Shown one piece after another: positions 40,535 to 52,758 of a DNA stretch of 64,000 nt (the stretch's first letter is position 1; the number at the start of each line of letters is the position of its first letter). A program made the translations under genes and the position numbers. A model generated the notes under the pieces. That model had not been told where the DNA came from. It ran no database searches and was given only the letters and a program-made list of their open reading frames with translations. The DNA comes from Callorhinchus milii (taxonomy: Eukaryota), in assembly GCF_018977255.1 (NCBI RefSeq), contig NW_024704742.1, positions 113,338,001-113,402,000 on the forward strand, given 5' to 3'.

Positions 40535-40550
40535 TGCTGCCATCTAGTGG
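40535..40550 (-). promoter_or_regulatory. CTCF-like core motif
   Basis: Minus strand reads CCACTAGATGGCAGCA. Confidence 0.5.
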
Positions 40551-41351
40551 TTGTTATTATGTTTGATCATTCAGCTACTCAAAAGGTCTTCTCCAGCCTT
40601 TCAAAGCAAATCGCAGGAGAAGTTTGAATGAATTTGATCTCATCTTTCCTGAATACCAACTCTACCCGCTTCCTATTTCAACTTGAAGGATTTTCTTTCT
40701 TAAATGAACAAGAAATGCAGGGAGCAACACGGTCAATTTTTCACGCAAGCTTCTCTGATAGGCAAAGACTGAGTTATCTGATCACAGCTGGATGCTAAAG
40801 CAGGTTTTTGGTGGTAAATGTTTGTGTGTTACAGGTCGTTGACACATTTAAATATTTTATCAAACTGCACTCAACTAAAATCAGGGTGAGAGAAAGTCTG
40901 AGCTCCATTTTATAGCCTTTTAAACCCTCAATGTTGGCTTTTTCTATCATTGTGAAGCAGAATGTACTGAGCATTGGATTGTTCACCCACTAACGGGGAA
41001 CGCGAGCTGGATTTACACTGTCATATTGATGTGGTGTTGTTAATCGTAATCCATCCAATGGTTAAATAACTTGCCGATGCACACAAATGAAAGATGGTCT
41101 CTGGGATGAAGTATCAAGAGGCTGCCAGCGGCTGTGGATACATGTGCCAGGAAGAGTCGGGAAAGGAAAAGTGAAGAGAATTGCCAATAAGAAAACATCC
41201 TGCAATTCCATAGAAACCAAAGCAATTTCCTCTCTTTAAGAAGAACAGTAAATTAGTGTGATATTAGTTGAATGCAGTTTGATAAAATCTTTAAATGTTT
41301 CAACGACTTTAGGCCTGAGATTGTTACTAGGGTTTAACAGTAGACACATTA

Positions 41352-41557
41352 GGCCTGAAATTCCACACTCTGTTTTGTCTTAATTGGTCTTAAAAATTAA
41401 GAATCATGCAAAATTGTAGAAAAACTGTTAAATTTAGTCATAATCTGGAAGACGCTTTTTAAAACGATGAAAAAAAGGCATCCAAAATTAAGACTGACCT
41501 TAAATTTAAGGCCAAATTTAAGGCGTCACAGGCCAAACCGAGGAGGAATTTCAGACC
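41352..41557. mobile_element. MITE-like element, 206 bp
   Basis: Termini GGCCTGAAATTCC / GGAATTTCAGACC (12 of 13 complementary), with TA on both sides. Confidence 0.65.
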
Positions 41558-42896
41558 TACTGTTTTCCAAATATTTTTTTTTTAAATTTCACGAAAACCT
41601 TGAACTAAATCACATATTACACATTTTATTAGCATAACTGCTTCTACCTCCAAACATGCAGCTTTTTTCTAAGTGAATACAAAGGACTCCCTAACCTAGG
41701 TAGTAAAGGCAGCACCTGGTTAGCATTAGACAATGACCCACATGTAAAGAATGAGGGCATAAGTAAGGTACTGGAGGACAGACGGCACTTGTGGAACCAT
41801 ATTCCACCAAATCCGAGACTCAGGAGAGGAGAGAGGGAGCACGGTTGAGTGCTGCAAGGTCTTGATGGAAGGGAAGAAATATTTGATATGACATACGATC
41901 AGAATTACGTTCACTCCTGATGATATTGCATGTGTCTGGTGTGGGTGGCAGGAAACGTTACCTTCTATGATAAATCTTGAACAGATAGGATCAGGGATTG
42001 AACAGCCACAAGATTACAATAAAAGTAGCAATGCAGGTACAATCTCATGAAATTTCACTTGGGACAGGAAACGGGAAAACTTTTAAATAATCCTTGCTTG
42101 ACTTAAGTTAAGACACTGCAAAGACAAACCTGAAATAAGACCACTTTTTTACCTTGCCTTTGGATCAAATCATGAGCCCTCCTCCACTGCTGACAATATT
42201 TCAGGACAGACATGTGCTTCACTTTCTCTCGAGTTAGGGAAACTGGTGTTGGAAAGTAATAGATTGAGCATTCAACACAATGAGGAACAACACGTGCTGG
42301 CATGAAGTTTCGATTCTTCCTCAGGCTAGATTCTGCAACTCAAAGTCTGGAGTTTTGCTATTTTCCAAAGAAAACAAGTGTTAAGAATTTAAGAACTGAA
42401 CAATATTATTGTCAAAAATGTTAATATTGTGGACTTGGTCAAGTTTCCTTCATAACTCACATATTATTTTAATCTCTAGACCATGAAAGTCTATGTATAG
42501 AGGAAGATGCCATTCAAAGGATCCAGTTGTTTCCTGATAAAAACCTCTATTCAGCAACTTGAACTCTATCAACCTGATCTCTCCCTTTGTTCCAGCCTGC
42601 TTCATGGCCTGATTCACCTCATCAACAATGGGGGGGCATTCAGCCATTCTATGCCTGTTCTCTGGAAATCATCTGGAGTTTCTCCTTCCCTTCCAACAAC
42701 AAGAAAATTACATTTATAGAGCGCCTTTCACATCGGAAGGACCTCTTCAAAGTACTTCTAAAAACATTCCTCTTTGACTGTGCTTTTGGTCATCTTTCCC
42801 TTTTCCATACCCACCACACCTCAGCTCCCAATCCCAGCTCGGATGCCCACCCAGCACTGTGAAGCGCTTTGAGACATTGTCCTGATGTGAAAGGAA

Positions 42897-42920
42897 ATAT
42901 ATATATATATATATATATAT
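42897..42920. repeat. (AT)n microsatellite
   Basis: Read directly; lies in the tail of a decayed L2 fragment. Confidence 0.95.
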
Positions 42921-43261
42921 GATACACTATATAAACGTACATTGTATTGTATTTAAGAGCTTCCATCATCCATCAATACTTCTGTGATCTGCTTTGGAAG
43001 CGAGATTGAACTTGGAAAGGGATCAGTGCCCTTAGCATTCTTGGTCCTGGATCAATCACCTATGTCAGCAGCCACAAAACAACTGTTTAAATTTTGGTGG
43101 CATAGAAATATTGTAGTCTTGGCTGCTGATGCAGTTGTGGTACCTGGGTTAGAGAGGAAGATGTTTGAGCTCTTCCATGTGTTTATGGTGACTAGAATTA
43201 CACAGATATCACTGCCTAATTTTAATTTTTAAATAATCTGTGAGGCCTGCAACAGTTTTGG

Positions 43262-44560
43262 TCCCAGGAGAGGTGGAGAGCAGGAGGCGTGGGGGGTGGC
43301 TGAAGGCACGGTCGAAGAGGAAGGTCTTTAGATGGGACTTGAAGGAGGCAACAGAGGGGGTCAAGTAGAGGAATTGCGGGGTAGAATTTCAGAGTGTGGG
43401 GGAAGAGATGCTGAATGTCCGATGGTCAATGGTGGAGCAGGAAGTGCGGAGCACATGGAGCAGGCAGCCAAGCGGAGGGAGCTGTCAGGCTGATATGGGG
43501 TTAGGAGGTGACAGAGGTAGGGGGAGCAAGACCAAGGAGCGCTTTGAAGGTGAGAATGATGGTTTTGAACTCAATTCTCTGAAGGATGGGGAGCCAGTGA
43601 AGCTGGATAAGGATGCGGGTGATTGGTTTGCATAGCCTGGTACAGGAGAGGACATGAGTTGCAGAGTTCTGAATAATCTGCAGCTCGTGGAGAGAAGAGT
43701 TGGGAAGTCCAATGAGCAGGCAGTTGGCAAAGTCAAGCCGCGACGTGATGAAAGCGTGGAAAAGGGTCTTGGCAGCCTGCGGTGAGAGGCAGTGGCGGAG
43801 GCAGGCAGTGTTGCGGAGGTGGGGAAAGGTGGAATGGGTCAAGGCACAAATGTCGGGTTTGAAAAATAGCTGAGGGTCGAACTGGACACCGAGGTTCCGT
43901 TATTGGCTCGGTGAGGTGTAGAGTGCAACCATGAATAGTGATACTGTCAGCGCCTGAGGTGAGGAGGCGTTGATAATAATAATAATAATAATCCTTGCAT
44001 TTGATATAGCGCTTTTCACGTCGGGAGGACATCCTAAAGCGCTTCACAGAACACACTGTAAAGTGAATTGATTGTATATTTGTGGGCGAACGCGGCAGCC
44101 AATTGCGCACAGCAATGTCCCACAAATAGTCGTAGATTGAAAATGACCAATTTATTATTGTTTTTGGGGGTTTTGGAGGGATTATTATTAGGCCTGTGGA
44201 GTAAGGAAACTTGCCCAAGGTTTCGCCCTGCCTGGAATTGAACTCAGGTCTCTCGCTTGCAAAGCGAGTGCTCTAACCACTGATCTACAGGATCTTGATG
44301 GGAGCCAAGCACTAGGCCTCTGTCTTGCCAACATTCAGCTGGAGAAAGTTGACTCTTGTCCAGGACTTGATGTCTGACAGATATTCTGTCAGGACACCAT
44401 TGGTCCTGGAGTCGAGGGTGGGGACAGAGAGATGGAATTGGGTGTCATCTGCATACATGTAGAAATTGACCCAATGCCTGCTGATGACATCACCGAGCAG
44501 GAGCATGTGTAGATTGAAGAGGAGGGGACTGAGGACAGAGCCCTGAGGGACACCGTACGT
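43262..44560 (-). mobile_element. L2 LINE RT/3' fragment interrupted by a SINE (43973-44292)
   Basis: [13 protein letters not shown] and MYADDTQ (ORF 44312-44611); HAFITSRLD and LHWLP (ORF 43501-43842). Confidence 0.93.
43973..44292 (-). mobile_element. Near full-length tRNA(Ala)-derived SINE
   Basis: Near-identical to 9173-9505; TTGAT duplicated at 43970-43974 and 44295-44299. Confidence 0.95.
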
Positions 44561-44995
44561 GACTGGATAAGGATGATTATCGGGACTGATCTGGATGTGT
44601 AAGTTATACATGGCAGAAAGTTTTTAGGGCACAGTCTGTGAAAAAGAGTATTACTGCAGTCTGAGATAACATCTCAGAGCACTTCAGAAAGATGGAGTCA
44701 TACCTTGAGCTAGGGAGGAGAGGGAGAAGATTGGAGGTGTGGTTGAAGAGGTAGTTTTTTTTAGGTGGGATTTAAAGGTGGATAGAGAGGGAGAGCATGG
44801 AGAGGTTAAGCAAGAGAATTTCAGACATTAGGGGCATACTTATCAAACGGAGAATGCATAGTAGATTGGAGTTAGCCAGGTGAAAGGAGTGGAGAAGAAA
44901 AGTGGGGTAGATGGGTTTGACATAACACCACAAGATGTTAGATTATTAAACCTAAAATGGTATTCAATGGCTGTACAGGTAGGTGCTAAGATGTA

Positions 44996-45724
44996 CAACA
45001 AAAATAAAATTACATTTATAGAGCATCTTTCAGGGTAGTGAATTTATGGAATTCTCTATCCCAAAGGGCTGTAGATGCTCAGTCCTTGAACATATTCAAG
45101 ACTGAGATTGATAGATTTCTTGTGGATAAAAGGATTGCAGGATTTGGGGATAAGGCGGGGAGGTAGAGTTAGAATAGATCAGCCATGATCCTGTTGAATG
45201 GCGGGGCATGCTAGAGGGGCCGAATGGCCTACTCCTGCTCCTAATTCTTATGTTCACGTCAGGAGGACGTCCCAAAGTGCTGAACAGTCTGGTGTCGGGG
45301 CCCGAACATTGGGGGAGTGGGTGGTGTAGGGGTGAGGTAAGCAGAGAGGTGGGAGGGCGACCAAAGGCACGATCGAAGAGAATGGTCTTGAGACCAGCCT
45401 TGAAGGAGGCAAGGGAGGAAGTGAGGCAAAGGGACCGTGGGATGGAATTCCAGAGTGTGGGGGCAGAGAGGCTGAAAGCCCGGCCACCAATGGTAGGGCG
45501 AGTCGGGCGGGAGACATGGAGCAGGCTGGAACTCCTTGAACGGAGGGAGCGGGCAGGTTGGAAGGGAGTCAGCAGGTCAGAGAGGTAGGAGTGGGCAAGG
45601 CCTTAAAGGTAAGGACGAGGATCTTGAACTCGATCTTTTGGGGGATGGGGAGCCAGTGGAGTCGAGCGAGGGTGGTCTGATGGAGTCGCGGAGCCTGGTG
45701 CGTGAGAGTACACGAGCTGCAGAG
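44996..45724 (-). mobile_element. L2 LINE 3' fragment with a CR1 inserted in its tail
   Basis: Very similar to 8290-8765; L2 tail split by the CR1 at 45033-45252. Confidence 0.9.
45033..45252 (+). mobile_element. CR1 3'-end fragment inserted into an L2 tail
   Basis: Matches the 3' end of the long CR1 (gtagtgaatttatggaattc...ggccgaatggcctactcctgctcctaattcttatg). Flanked by TTCA at 45029-45032 and 45253-45256, splitting the L2 tail motif. Confidence 0.9.
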
Positions 45725-46414
45725 TAGATAACCATCAGAATTATTTTAAGGATATATTTATTCCTTGGCTATAAAATGATGGATAAGTGTGATGTCTAAG
45801 ATATTTGTGACCGTTAACAATGGAACATTGCTGTGCACTCCACTCCAGACAGTGGCAAAGTTTAGTTCTGATTCATCAGCTCAGTGACAATGCATTCCAT
45901 CAGCTTGCCAAACCTTTCTTTTGCAATGAACAATTGCAATTAAAATAATGAAAAGGTGCATTTTTACAACTGTTGATCCAATGTCCATGTGTTGGTTAAG
46001 AATACCTCTTGGAAACTATAAGGCCATTGGCAATATTAAATGCCGACAATGTTTCATTCATATTAGCATCATTTCCTGTCAGGCCAATTCCTCCAATTTG
46101 GTGAAACGTACTTCATGGGCTAAATGACCGAATGGATTGTTCTGTCAAAGGATACTACATTCCAAAACCATGATACATATATTCCTCTTTAAAGTAGCTC
46201 TTTGTGTAGCTCATTTATTATTATTAATAATAATCCTTGCATTTGATATTCCATTTGTTACCCCTGACAACTCTCATCTTGTTAAGCACAAAAATTCTTT
46301 CTTCCTATATTGGAAACATAAAACCCTCAGCTTTAGGATTTCTCCTGCCTGTTAACACTACACTAGTTTGAGCAAGAGAGGGCTGTCAGAAAAAATAAAG
46401 CCATACTTTATCCC

Positions 46415-46833
46415 TTGTATTGGCTCCACTGGCTCCCTATCGCCGAATGGATTGATTTCAAGAGACAAACACTCGTTTTAAAATCCTTTCATCCCCTGAT
46501 GCCACCCTACCTCTCCGACCTGCTTACCCCCCAACCCACTACCCAATACCTCCACTCGACTGGCTCTGGTTTTCTGCATGTCCCTCGTGCTGTCAATTCC
46601 GCTATCGGTGGCTGCACTTTCAGCCACTACGCCCCGAAACTCTGGAACACTCTTCCTCTATCCCTCCATCTAGTCCCTTTCCCATCTTCAGGTCATGCCT
46701 GAAGACCTTCTTCTTCGACCGTGCCTACGGTCACCTTCCGCCTCCTGCTGGTTCGGCGTTGTGCTCCGCCACTGTCGAGCTCTGGGATGCTACCCTGCAT
46801 GAGGCATTATATAAATGCAAACTTCTTGTTGTT
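46415..46833 (+). mobile_element. L2 3' fragment
   Basis: LHWLPI..IDFK, PYLSDLL, APKLWN and tail tatataaatgcaa..ttgttgttg. Confidence 0.85.
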
Positions 46834-46944
46834 GAGTACTTACTGTGAAAATTACCCTTTAATGTTTCCAAACTATTGGGAGAAAGTTGTTAGAGCAGAA
46901 AAACTTTATGAAAACACATTTTGGGGGGAAAATCTGCCTATGTC

Positions 46945-47150
46945 TATTTTGTAGGCGAGACATGGCAGCCAATTGTACACAGTAGTGTCCCACAAACAGT
47001 CATGGATTGTGTGACCAAATTATTATTTTTTTCTTGAAAGATTATCAGTCATGTGGAGTAAGGAAACTTGCCCAAGGTTTCGCCCTGCCGGGAATCGAAC
47101 CCAGGTCTCTCGCTTGCGAGGCGAGTGCTCTAACCACTGAGCTACAGACT
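46945..47150 (-). mobile_element. tRNA(Ala)-derived SINE, 5' two-thirds
   Basis: Head and Deu-like core match the other copies. Confidence 0.88.
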
Positions 47151-48180
47151 CTTAGCTCAGGGGTTTCTTAAAAGACCTTACGGAAAAGTAGCTTAAAAAT
47201 TAAGAGTGTATTAAGTATTTGCCAAATTCTACTCAGAAATGCTACATAAATAGAGTAATAAAAATAATTGTTGTTGTGTTTAGTAGAGCGCCTTTCATTT
47301 TGGGAGGACACCTCAAAGTGCTACACTGTAAAGGTTTGGGTACGTAGAATGGCAACAACAGCAAGATTCTGAAAAGTTGGATCAAATAGACCTGTGGCGG
47401 ACAGAAGTCATATAATGGGTTAAGTGATTCTCGTTTTGCTGCTATAAATGGGCTATTAAGTCAACTGCCAGTGGGTTTTATGTTGGCAAAACAGGAAGAA
47501 AGAATTTTTGTGCTTAACAAGACGAGAGCTGTCTGTCAGTGGTGGCAAATGGAATATTTACTTTTTGGACTCAATGCCAGCATTAAGCACTCCCACATCA
47601 GGCACAGGAAAGGCAGACACAAGGTAAAGTTTCCAGTTCATGGTGCCTCAACTATGTGTTCAACCTCAAAAGAGCGTCGCCTCCTACACCAGTGTGACAT
47701 ATTCTACTTCACACACCAGCGTCTTTTTATAGCTTCTGACTAAGTATGCTGGTTTGGCACCATTTGTGCAGAATTACAGATTCTTTTTGTACTGTGGATT
47801 TGGGTCAAATAGGAACTGACTTGAGCCTACATATTCATTCTGTGAAACAGGTCTGGATTCAAACCCTACTCCTGTAGTTGAAAGGAATGAGATACAGCAA
47901 TTTACTAAAGCACTTAGACCCTCAAATCAGTCCAACTTTATGCATTTACTGGGATTTCTCGGACAATAATGCAAACATAATTCAAAGGAATGGTCTAAAT
48001 GGTGTGAGTTCTCAATGGGAAAATAGTTCTACTAATAATTCTTGCTTCTTATCAATTCATTGAAATGTCTCTCAAAGTGTTTCACTGAGTTTCGTGTAAA
48101 GTGACTGTATTTTGTAGCTGGATGTGGAAGTCAATATGCGCACAGCAAAGTCCCACAAACGGCCATGAAGTGAATGAAGT

Positions 48181-48672
48181 CAAACTACAACTGATCCAGA
48201 ACTCCGCCACTCGTATTCTCACCTACACTAAACTCTGTATCCCCATCACACCAGTCCTCGCCATGCTCAATTGGCTCCCCATCACAGAACAGATAAATTT
48301 CAAGATCCTCTGACTCATTTACAGATCTCTTCACGGCACAGGCATCTCCTTACGTTTCTGAGCTGCTTTCTCCCAATGCCACCATCCCACAGCCTCTGCT
48401 CAGCTGCCTCTGGCCTCCTGCTTGTCCCTCATCGCCCTCCACTCCACATTCAGCCACTACACCCCAAAGCTTTTGAACTCTCTTCCCCAAATTCTTCCAC
48501 CTTGCCCCCTCCTTCCCCTTTTTTTACATCATGCCTGAAGACCTTCCTCTTCAATCGTGCCTTCAGTCACCTCCTCCTTCCTCCTGGCTCGATGTCAGGC
48601 TCCACCACTGTAAGGCGCTCTGAGATGCTGCCCCATGTGAAGGGAGCTATATAAATGTAAGTTGTTGTTGTT
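48181..48672 (+). mobile_element. L2 3' fragment inserted within a minus-strand DeuSINE
   Basis: KLQLIQNSATRIL..ITPVLAMLNWLPI..INFKIL and tail (gtt)n. SINE parts flank it at ~48060-48180 and ~48673-48835. Confidence 0.85.
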
Positions 48673-50569
48673 GAATGACCAATTTTATCTGGGGGATTGT
48701 AGGCCAAGACTTCAGGAAGAACACGATTCTTGCATTGGAATGTCAGCTTAGACTATGAACTCAAAATACCAATGTGCAGCTTGAACCCAAAACCTTCTAA
48801 CTGCAAGTACTAACAACTGAGCAAGGCTGACACCTAAAGTTCTTTCAGACATCCTGGTTAAATAGTGTGGGAGACATCAGGTTTTTTTTATCTCAGTGGC
48901 CCTCTGCTCTTCTAATGCAAATGTAGATCTGGAAGCCAAATCTGCATCCTATCCATAACATTGAGTTGTCAGTCTACAAATTCTGAAATTTCGCTCCTTA
49001 TTTAGAAGTCAAGAGCTGATCGTGGGAAGACAAACTTTAACGGCTGTAAGAATTACACTATGTGAAACAAAATTCCGGCCACATCGCCCAGCTGGAGCAA
49101 TCCCTCTCAAAAGCACTATTATCACTGATGTAGCATACATTGCATAAGTTGCCCATATCAGAAAACAGTATAAAATACCATCGCTTTCATCCATCTCAAA
49201 AGAACACATTTTATGTTTGGATCTCAGAGACAGTGTTACACTGTGGGTCTACTGAAATGATTTATACCCTTATCTTGCATTTTGTCATGCTCCACTCTGT
49301 TAGTTAGCAAGTGCACCTTTTCTTATACGATCATAGATCAGTGTCTGAGCAGAGCTCTATCTTTTCAAAAAAAAGAGAGCTGGATTAATATCTGCTTAGT
49401 AATGGGACTGAGAGTTCTAAAGATAAGTATAGGATAGATACAGGAGGCTAAATGCTACGAGCAACATGATGGCTCTCCTGACCTTAGAAATTCAAGTCAA
49501 GTTGGGCAGCTGGCTTCAAGAGCGTACTACAGTTATGTAAGATTAGATAATAATAATAATAATCCTTGCATTGCATTGCATTTCATAGATGGATTTCATG
49601 GAGTTTTACTCCATTTCCCTTTGAGGGAGAGAGAAAGTTTGCATAGCCTTTTCTCAGGAGATTGATTGGGTTTACAATGGGGTCGATTGTACATACAGTG
49701 GCTTGTAGTATTAGTTGTCAAGATATGCTTAGGCCAATATCTGAACAAGATAAATATATAGCAGAATTCATACAGATAAATCCCAGCTAGCAGACTAATG
49801 GGGGGGAACACCGTAACTTCCGATTAAGTGTAATTAAAATGCTGGTAATACAAAAATGCATATACAGTGCCAGAAATTGCTGGTAATGCATTTACTGGGA
49901 TTTTCCAACACGGTATATGCATTTCCAGCACTGTATAGAAAAAAAGTAGTAACTCACCCATGAGGACACTGGATGCCAGACAAAGGACGGTAAGGCTGGC
50001 AGCTGTGAGCAGCTGTGAGCATTACAGAGGCTGCTCAGTGCAGCATTGGTGAGTTGGACTGGGGGGAATCTACACACACCTATGGAAATTTTTGGCATGC
50101 AGAAGTTTTTTTAAAACATATTTTACTTTCGGGCCAAGTCTGGCTAGGTTTGAATTTCGGACACCCAGACTCCAGTAAGCCAGGGATTTCATCATCAACA
50201 ACAACAACACATTCATTTATGCAGCACCTTTCACATTGGGAGAACATTAAGAGGGAACTAGACAGATACCGACAAAGAGTCAGTTACCTGTGTATGGGGA
50301 AAGGGCAGGTAAATGGGCCTGAAAGGTCAAATGGCCTTCTTCTTTGCCATACATTTCTATGGTTTTATAAAAGGGTTTGTGGCTTAGAGAGCTAGTACAA
50401 TAACAATGTACCAAATGGCTTCCTCCTGTGCTGTAAATATCTTTATTTCTATGGTTCTCTCTATGTGAAGGGGACTATGTTTTACTCATCTTATTGTTCT
50501 AAAATCACTTTATCTGTTTTCCATTATTTCTTATGCTTTTCTGTTACCATGTGTCAGTGGCATTGTTAG

Positions 50570-50980
50570 CCTGGCTCAGTTCGTAGCACTTTTGACTCTG
50601 AGTTAGAAGGTTGTGGGTTCAAACCCCAAACTCGGGACTTTGAGCTCATAGTCTAAGCTGGTACTCCAATGCAGTGCTGGGGGAGCATTGCATTGTCGGA
50701 AGTGCCCATTCTTCAAATGTTAAAACAAGATCCATTCTCCTGGTTCAGGTGAATGTTAAAGATCCCATGGCGCTATTTAATGAAAAGGGAATTTCTCCCT
50801 GTGTCCTGATCAATTAATCCCACAGATAAAGTTGAACATTTAATTCATGGTTGTTTGTGAGACATTGCTGTGAGCAAATGGAGTGCCACATTCACCTACA
50901 AACATGTAGTTACTACACTCTACAGTAAATCTTGTGAAACACTTTGAGATATTTTGATGACAAGATAAGGCACTATAACA
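50570..50980 (+). mobile_element. Older DeuSINE (SacSINE1-like)
   Basis: Head ggctcagtt.gtagcact..tgactctgagt.agaaggttgtgggttcaa, body gttaaagatcccatggcgctatt and Deu core gtttgtgagacattgctgtg. Similarity to the shark SacSINE1 consensus is from memory. Further copies at ~3400-3710(-), 5250-5550(-), 16300-16550(-), 16815-17115(-), 28250-28545(-), 31985-32400(+) and 56310-56600(-). Confidence 0.8.
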
Positions 50981-51028
50981 TTTATAAAATTAGATTTGTA
51001 TAGTGTTTTGAAACATCTCAAAGACTTG

Positions 51029-51344
51029 ATAATAATAATAATCCTTGCATTTGATATAGCGCTTTTCACGTCGGGAGGACTTCCCAAAGCGCTTCACAAA
51101 CACACTGTAAAGTGAATTGACTGTTTATTTGTGGGCGAATGCAGCAGCCAATTGCGCACAGCAATGTCCCACAAATAGTCGTAGATTGAAAATGACCAAT
51201 TTATTATTGGTTTTGGTTTTGGAGGATTTATTATTAGGCGTGTGGAGTAAGGAAACTTGCCCAAGGTTTCGCCCTGCCTGGAATTGAACTCAGGTCTCTC
51301 ACTTGCAAAGCGAGTGCTCTAACCACTGAGCTACAGGACTCTAC
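51029..51344 (-). mobile_element. Full-length tRNA(Ala)-derived SINE
   Basis: Near-identical to 9173-9505 and 43973-44292; GATAATAAT on both sides. Confidence 0.95.
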
Positions 51345-51520
51345 GATAATAATTTGGTTACTCAATCCATGACTGTGTGTGGGACACTTCTGTGCGCAAT
51401 TGGCTGACGCGTTTTACCCAAAAATATACAGTCACTACATTTTACGGTATATCCTGTGAAGCGCTTTCAGTTGTCTGGTAGATGTGATAAGGTGCTATAT
51501 CAAATGCAAGGATTATTATT
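51345..51520 (+). mobile_element. SINE 3' half (Deu-like core + tail)
   Basis: gactgtgtgtgggacac..gcgcaattggct...tatcaaatgcaaggattattatt. Similar partial copies at ~11457-11610(-), 26960-27148(+), 31068-31200(+), 55432-55590(-) and 61290-61490(+). Confidence 0.85.
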
Positions 51521-51991
51521 GTATCAAATGCAAAGATTATTATTATAGCACCTTTCACGTCGGGAGGACTTCCCATATCCCATGCAAGGAATAATAATCT
51601 TTCCCCTATGGCATCAAGCTGTGTCTTGAATGAGCCAGCATCTTGGCAAATCCCAACATTGATTTGTGGTTGGCTATAAGTGAAGCTATTCATCAATGTC
51701 TAACAACTATTTGTTTGTGAATTAACGATGCAGGTTAGCCTTCATGCTGGTCCAGGTTAAGAGGAAGATATACTGGTGAACTATTGAGTGTCTCTATATT
51801 CAGTCACTAGAAGTGAAGATAAGGCCCGGCTGCAGAGCAGTGGCAATTCACAGCTGCAGATCCCTGTTCTGGCTAAAGTCCAAGCTAATGTCACGCTCAG
51901 CCTAGCATTGGATTAAGTGACCACCTGTAATTCTTCAGAGGGTTTTAAGTACAAAACAGGGGGAAAATTACTTGTTCCATTTAACACTTGT

Positions 51992-52417
51992 AGTGTGGTG
52001 AAAATTGCCATGTGTCGATGAACACATCATTGAAAAATGCAGCCAGTCAATATCTTAATTGTCATGGGTCCATAGTCATGAAGCTCCCCCATTAGCCCCA
52101 TCACAATGGTGGGACCCAGAGTTGATCATGCCACATATTAGACTGCCAGTTAGTGTTAGACTTATTAGTCCTATGTTAGTGGACTGTGGCTTTGGACTGG
52201 CAGTTAACACGACAAAAACCATAAATATAGCCATCAGGCCACTACCTGGCTGCCCAACACATAGTCTATAGTCCAGTCCACACTTCACACTCACCCACTT
52301 ACAATGAAGTCGGGGGCAGGCGTCAGACCGTAGATCAGCCACAATTAAGACATTAACAAGCTGTGTTTTTCAGTAGTGTGTTAACTGACAGTCAGCAGGT
52401 TGCAATTTTTAGCCCAG
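51992..52417. mobile_element. Old MITE-like fold-back element
   Basis: Left aacacatcattgaaaaatgcagccagtcaatatcttaattgt pairs imperfectly with right acaattaagacattaacaagctgtgtttttcagtagtgtgtt. Termini contain aaaattgc / gcaatttt. Confidence 0.6.
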
Positions 52418-52758
52418 TATTCTTAACGCATACTTTTGTGTAATTATTGAATTCTTAAACATCAGATATATCCTGAAGAATACCCAAAGCTTTAGAAATT
52501 TAATAATTGTACATTTCAAATTAAGAAATACCACACATTAAGTGCCCATATTTGCACTTCATGTGTTGTATTGGAAATGTACTCATCTACCATAAGGACA
52601 CTCTAGACAAGACAATTCCTTATATGTTTATTTCTCTGTGTTCAGTCTATTTTTCTCATCATTTTTGTCACTTTTTCTCATGAAAGTTGCAAGACCTTCA
52701 GTCAGAAGTTCAGAGAGTCTGGGCTGGGCAATACTGCTAATACCACTTTATTATCTAC

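Noticed and set aside
43733..44218. Recurring peptide REKRYIKCKDYYY in several ORFs
   Set aside because: It is a translation of the SINE tail, not a protein family.
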